DNA of 64,000 bases from Carpediemonas membranifera BICM. Lineage: Eukaryota > Protista > Fornicata. Numbering within the stretch: position 1 is the stretch's first letter; each line of letters starts with the position of its first letter. The stretch spans positions 111,826-175,825 of the forward strand of contig JAHDYR010000015.1 in assembly GCA_019828565.1 (NCBI GenBank), in the 5' to 3' direction. The position numbers and the translations under genes were made by a program. The notes beneath the pieces were generated by a model. That model was not told the DNA's origin. It did no database searches and saw only the letters and a program-made list of their open reading frames with translations. Below, piece after piece: positions 62,860 to 64,000 of this stretch.

Positions 62860-63789
62860 TTACAAAGCATAGCCATGCTTGGCGTAGAGTCCGAGGATGT
62901 CAGAGTCCTTGACCAGGTCGAAGGCATGGAGGATACTGGGCAAACGGCCTTCTTCCTTAAAATGCGTGGCGACATAGGCCTTGACTTGGCCGAATACTAC
63001 CTCTATGGGGTTCAAGAAGGGAGAGTATGGAGGAAGGAAGACAATACGAACATCATAAATGCGGGACAAGTTGTTGATTCGCTCCTCATCTTTGTGTATG
63101 CGCGCGTTGTCAAGGATGATGCAGTATCCAGGAATCTGTGGTAGCAAAGCAATCATGAACTGCCAGAAGAGGTCAGCGTTGTAAGTGCCGCTTGTAATGT
63201 GCCTGTGAACTATCCCCGAAGTCGTGAGGGCTGCTACGACCGAGTATCGCTTACCCAGGGCAGCACCTGAGCGACGCGCGATGGTTCTCTGACCCCGCGG
63301 GCCACGGACTCTCTTCACACGAAGGCCACGAGGGTCGAATGACGTCTCATCAATGAAGCAGAGCTTGTCCAGCCCATAGTGCGGGATCGCCTCGGTAACC
63401 ATAAATGAGCGGAAGCGGAGCGCTTTTTCTGGGTCATGCTCCATCCACCGAGTCTCTCCGACGGTGAGGACAAGGCCCTCCTCGTGGTTAAGGACGTGGC
63501 TGAGGTATCCTGTGCTGAGGCTAACCTGGAACTTTTCGAAAAGTTCTTGTTGAATATCCTTCAACTGAGCTGCTTCGTTTGATCTAACGTAGTCAACAAG
63601 GTAGTTGCGCATGTTTCTCGTTAGCTTGCGCGGTTCCACCACTCTTTTGCCCTCAGGCGCCCCGTAGCTCGCTTGAATTCTACGAAGAGTGGTTCTAGAA
63701 TGCCCATAGAGAGAGCATAGAACGCTCTTCGGTACACCTGCGGCCATCAGACATCTCAGTTCGTTGCGTCTTTCAAGCGTGATCGTCAT
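62860..63789 (-). CDS. IS630-like DD35E transposase
   Basis: HTH N-terminus, FIDETSF, ILDNARIH and LPPYSPFLNPIE, with 35 residues between the second D and the E. Confidence 0.92.
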   Translation of the reverse strand: MTITLERRNELRCLMAAGVPKSVLCSLYGHSRTTLRRIQASYGAPEGKRVVEPRKLTRNMRNYLVDYVRSNEAAQLKDIQQELFEKFQVSLSTGYLSHVLNHEEGLVLTVGETRWMEHDPEKALRFRSFMVTEAIPHYGLDKLCFIDETSFDPRGLRVKRVRGPRGQRTIARRSGAALGKRYSVVAALTTSGIVHRHITSGTYNADLFWQFMIALLPQIPGYCIILDNARIHKDEERINNLSRIYDVRIVFLPPYSPFLNPIEVVFGQVKAYVATHFKEEGRLPSILHAFDLVKDSDILGLYAKHGYAL

Positions 63790-64000
63790 TTCGAGTGGCA
63801 ATTTGTGTCCACAACTTTGATGGGACAATGATTAGGTGGACACTTTTAGATCAAAACTGCAATAGCAATAATAATAACTGAGGCACTGACAACATGTCTT
63901 TCCGTTCCGAGAAGAGTGCCAACAAGGAGGAAGCAAACGACGAATTCCTTGCCAACAACGAATACCTATGCGTTATTGAACGAAGAATCGCAGCAAAAGC

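Larger units (their letters stand above)
62350..63862 (-). mobile_element. IS630/Tc1-mariner DNA transposon, 26-bp perfect TIRs, TA TSD
   Basis: TTGCAGTTTTGATCTAAAAGTGTCCA at 62350-75 and its reverse complement at 63837-62. TA at 62348-49 and 63863-64. Confidence 0.93.
62284..63891 (+). repeat. Solo LTR (93 bp once the Tc1 insert is removed) with TSD ACAT
   Basis: TGTGG at 62284 and ...CTGACA at 63891, with ACAT at 62280-83 and 63892-95. Excision restores pol GFHMSFRSEK. Confidence 0.7.
60920..64000 (+). mobile_element. Decayed Ty3/Gypsy element E3 (short 5' LTR, gag, protease; runs off the window)
   Basis: TGTGG...ACA 60920-60972. Gag ATG at 61000 with a premature TAA at 61039 and a frameshift near 61390. 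CRFCQGQHYDNDC knuckle and IDTGAS protease. Pol resumes in frame at 63896. Confidence 0.8.

Overview
Gene-dense, GC-rich eukaryotic DNA from a flagellated protist. It has short GT-AG introns (28-68 nt), tiny intergenic gaps and several prokaryote-type genes. A free-living anaerobic metamonad such as a Carpediemonas-like fornicate is inferred but not proven. Positions 1-53.8 kb hold housekeeping genes: PP4R1/PP2A-A-like HEAT protein, proteasome alpha5, ropporin/RSP11, IPI1/TEX10, LMBR1, APLF-like, BORCS8, Ldh_2 dehydrogenase, BAG6-like, MRG15/Eaf3, COMMD2-like, RRP41, MSH6, AMPK beta, a bromodomain protein, dephospho-CoA kinase, a Nudix hydrolase and a CDK. Mixed among them are mobile DNA and unusual items: a degenerate Fanzor/TnpB-like nuclease locus with downstream hairpins, a highly structured ~320-nt ncRNA candidate, a TA-flanked MITE, DIRS-like RT and tyrosine-recombinase relics, an intact chromovirus with 96-bp LTRs, and a three-gene prokaryote-like cluster that includes a eukaryotic YqeC (selenium-cofactor accessory protein). 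From 53.9 kb to the end is a four-level nest of mini-LTR Ty3/Gypsy elements and an IS630/Tc1 transposon. The most striking pattern is in three Ty3/Gypsy elements with different sequences. All lack a tRNA primer-binding site and instead carry a different perfect palindrome that begins at the terminal A of the 5' LTR, which suggests tRNA-independent priming or dimerisation.
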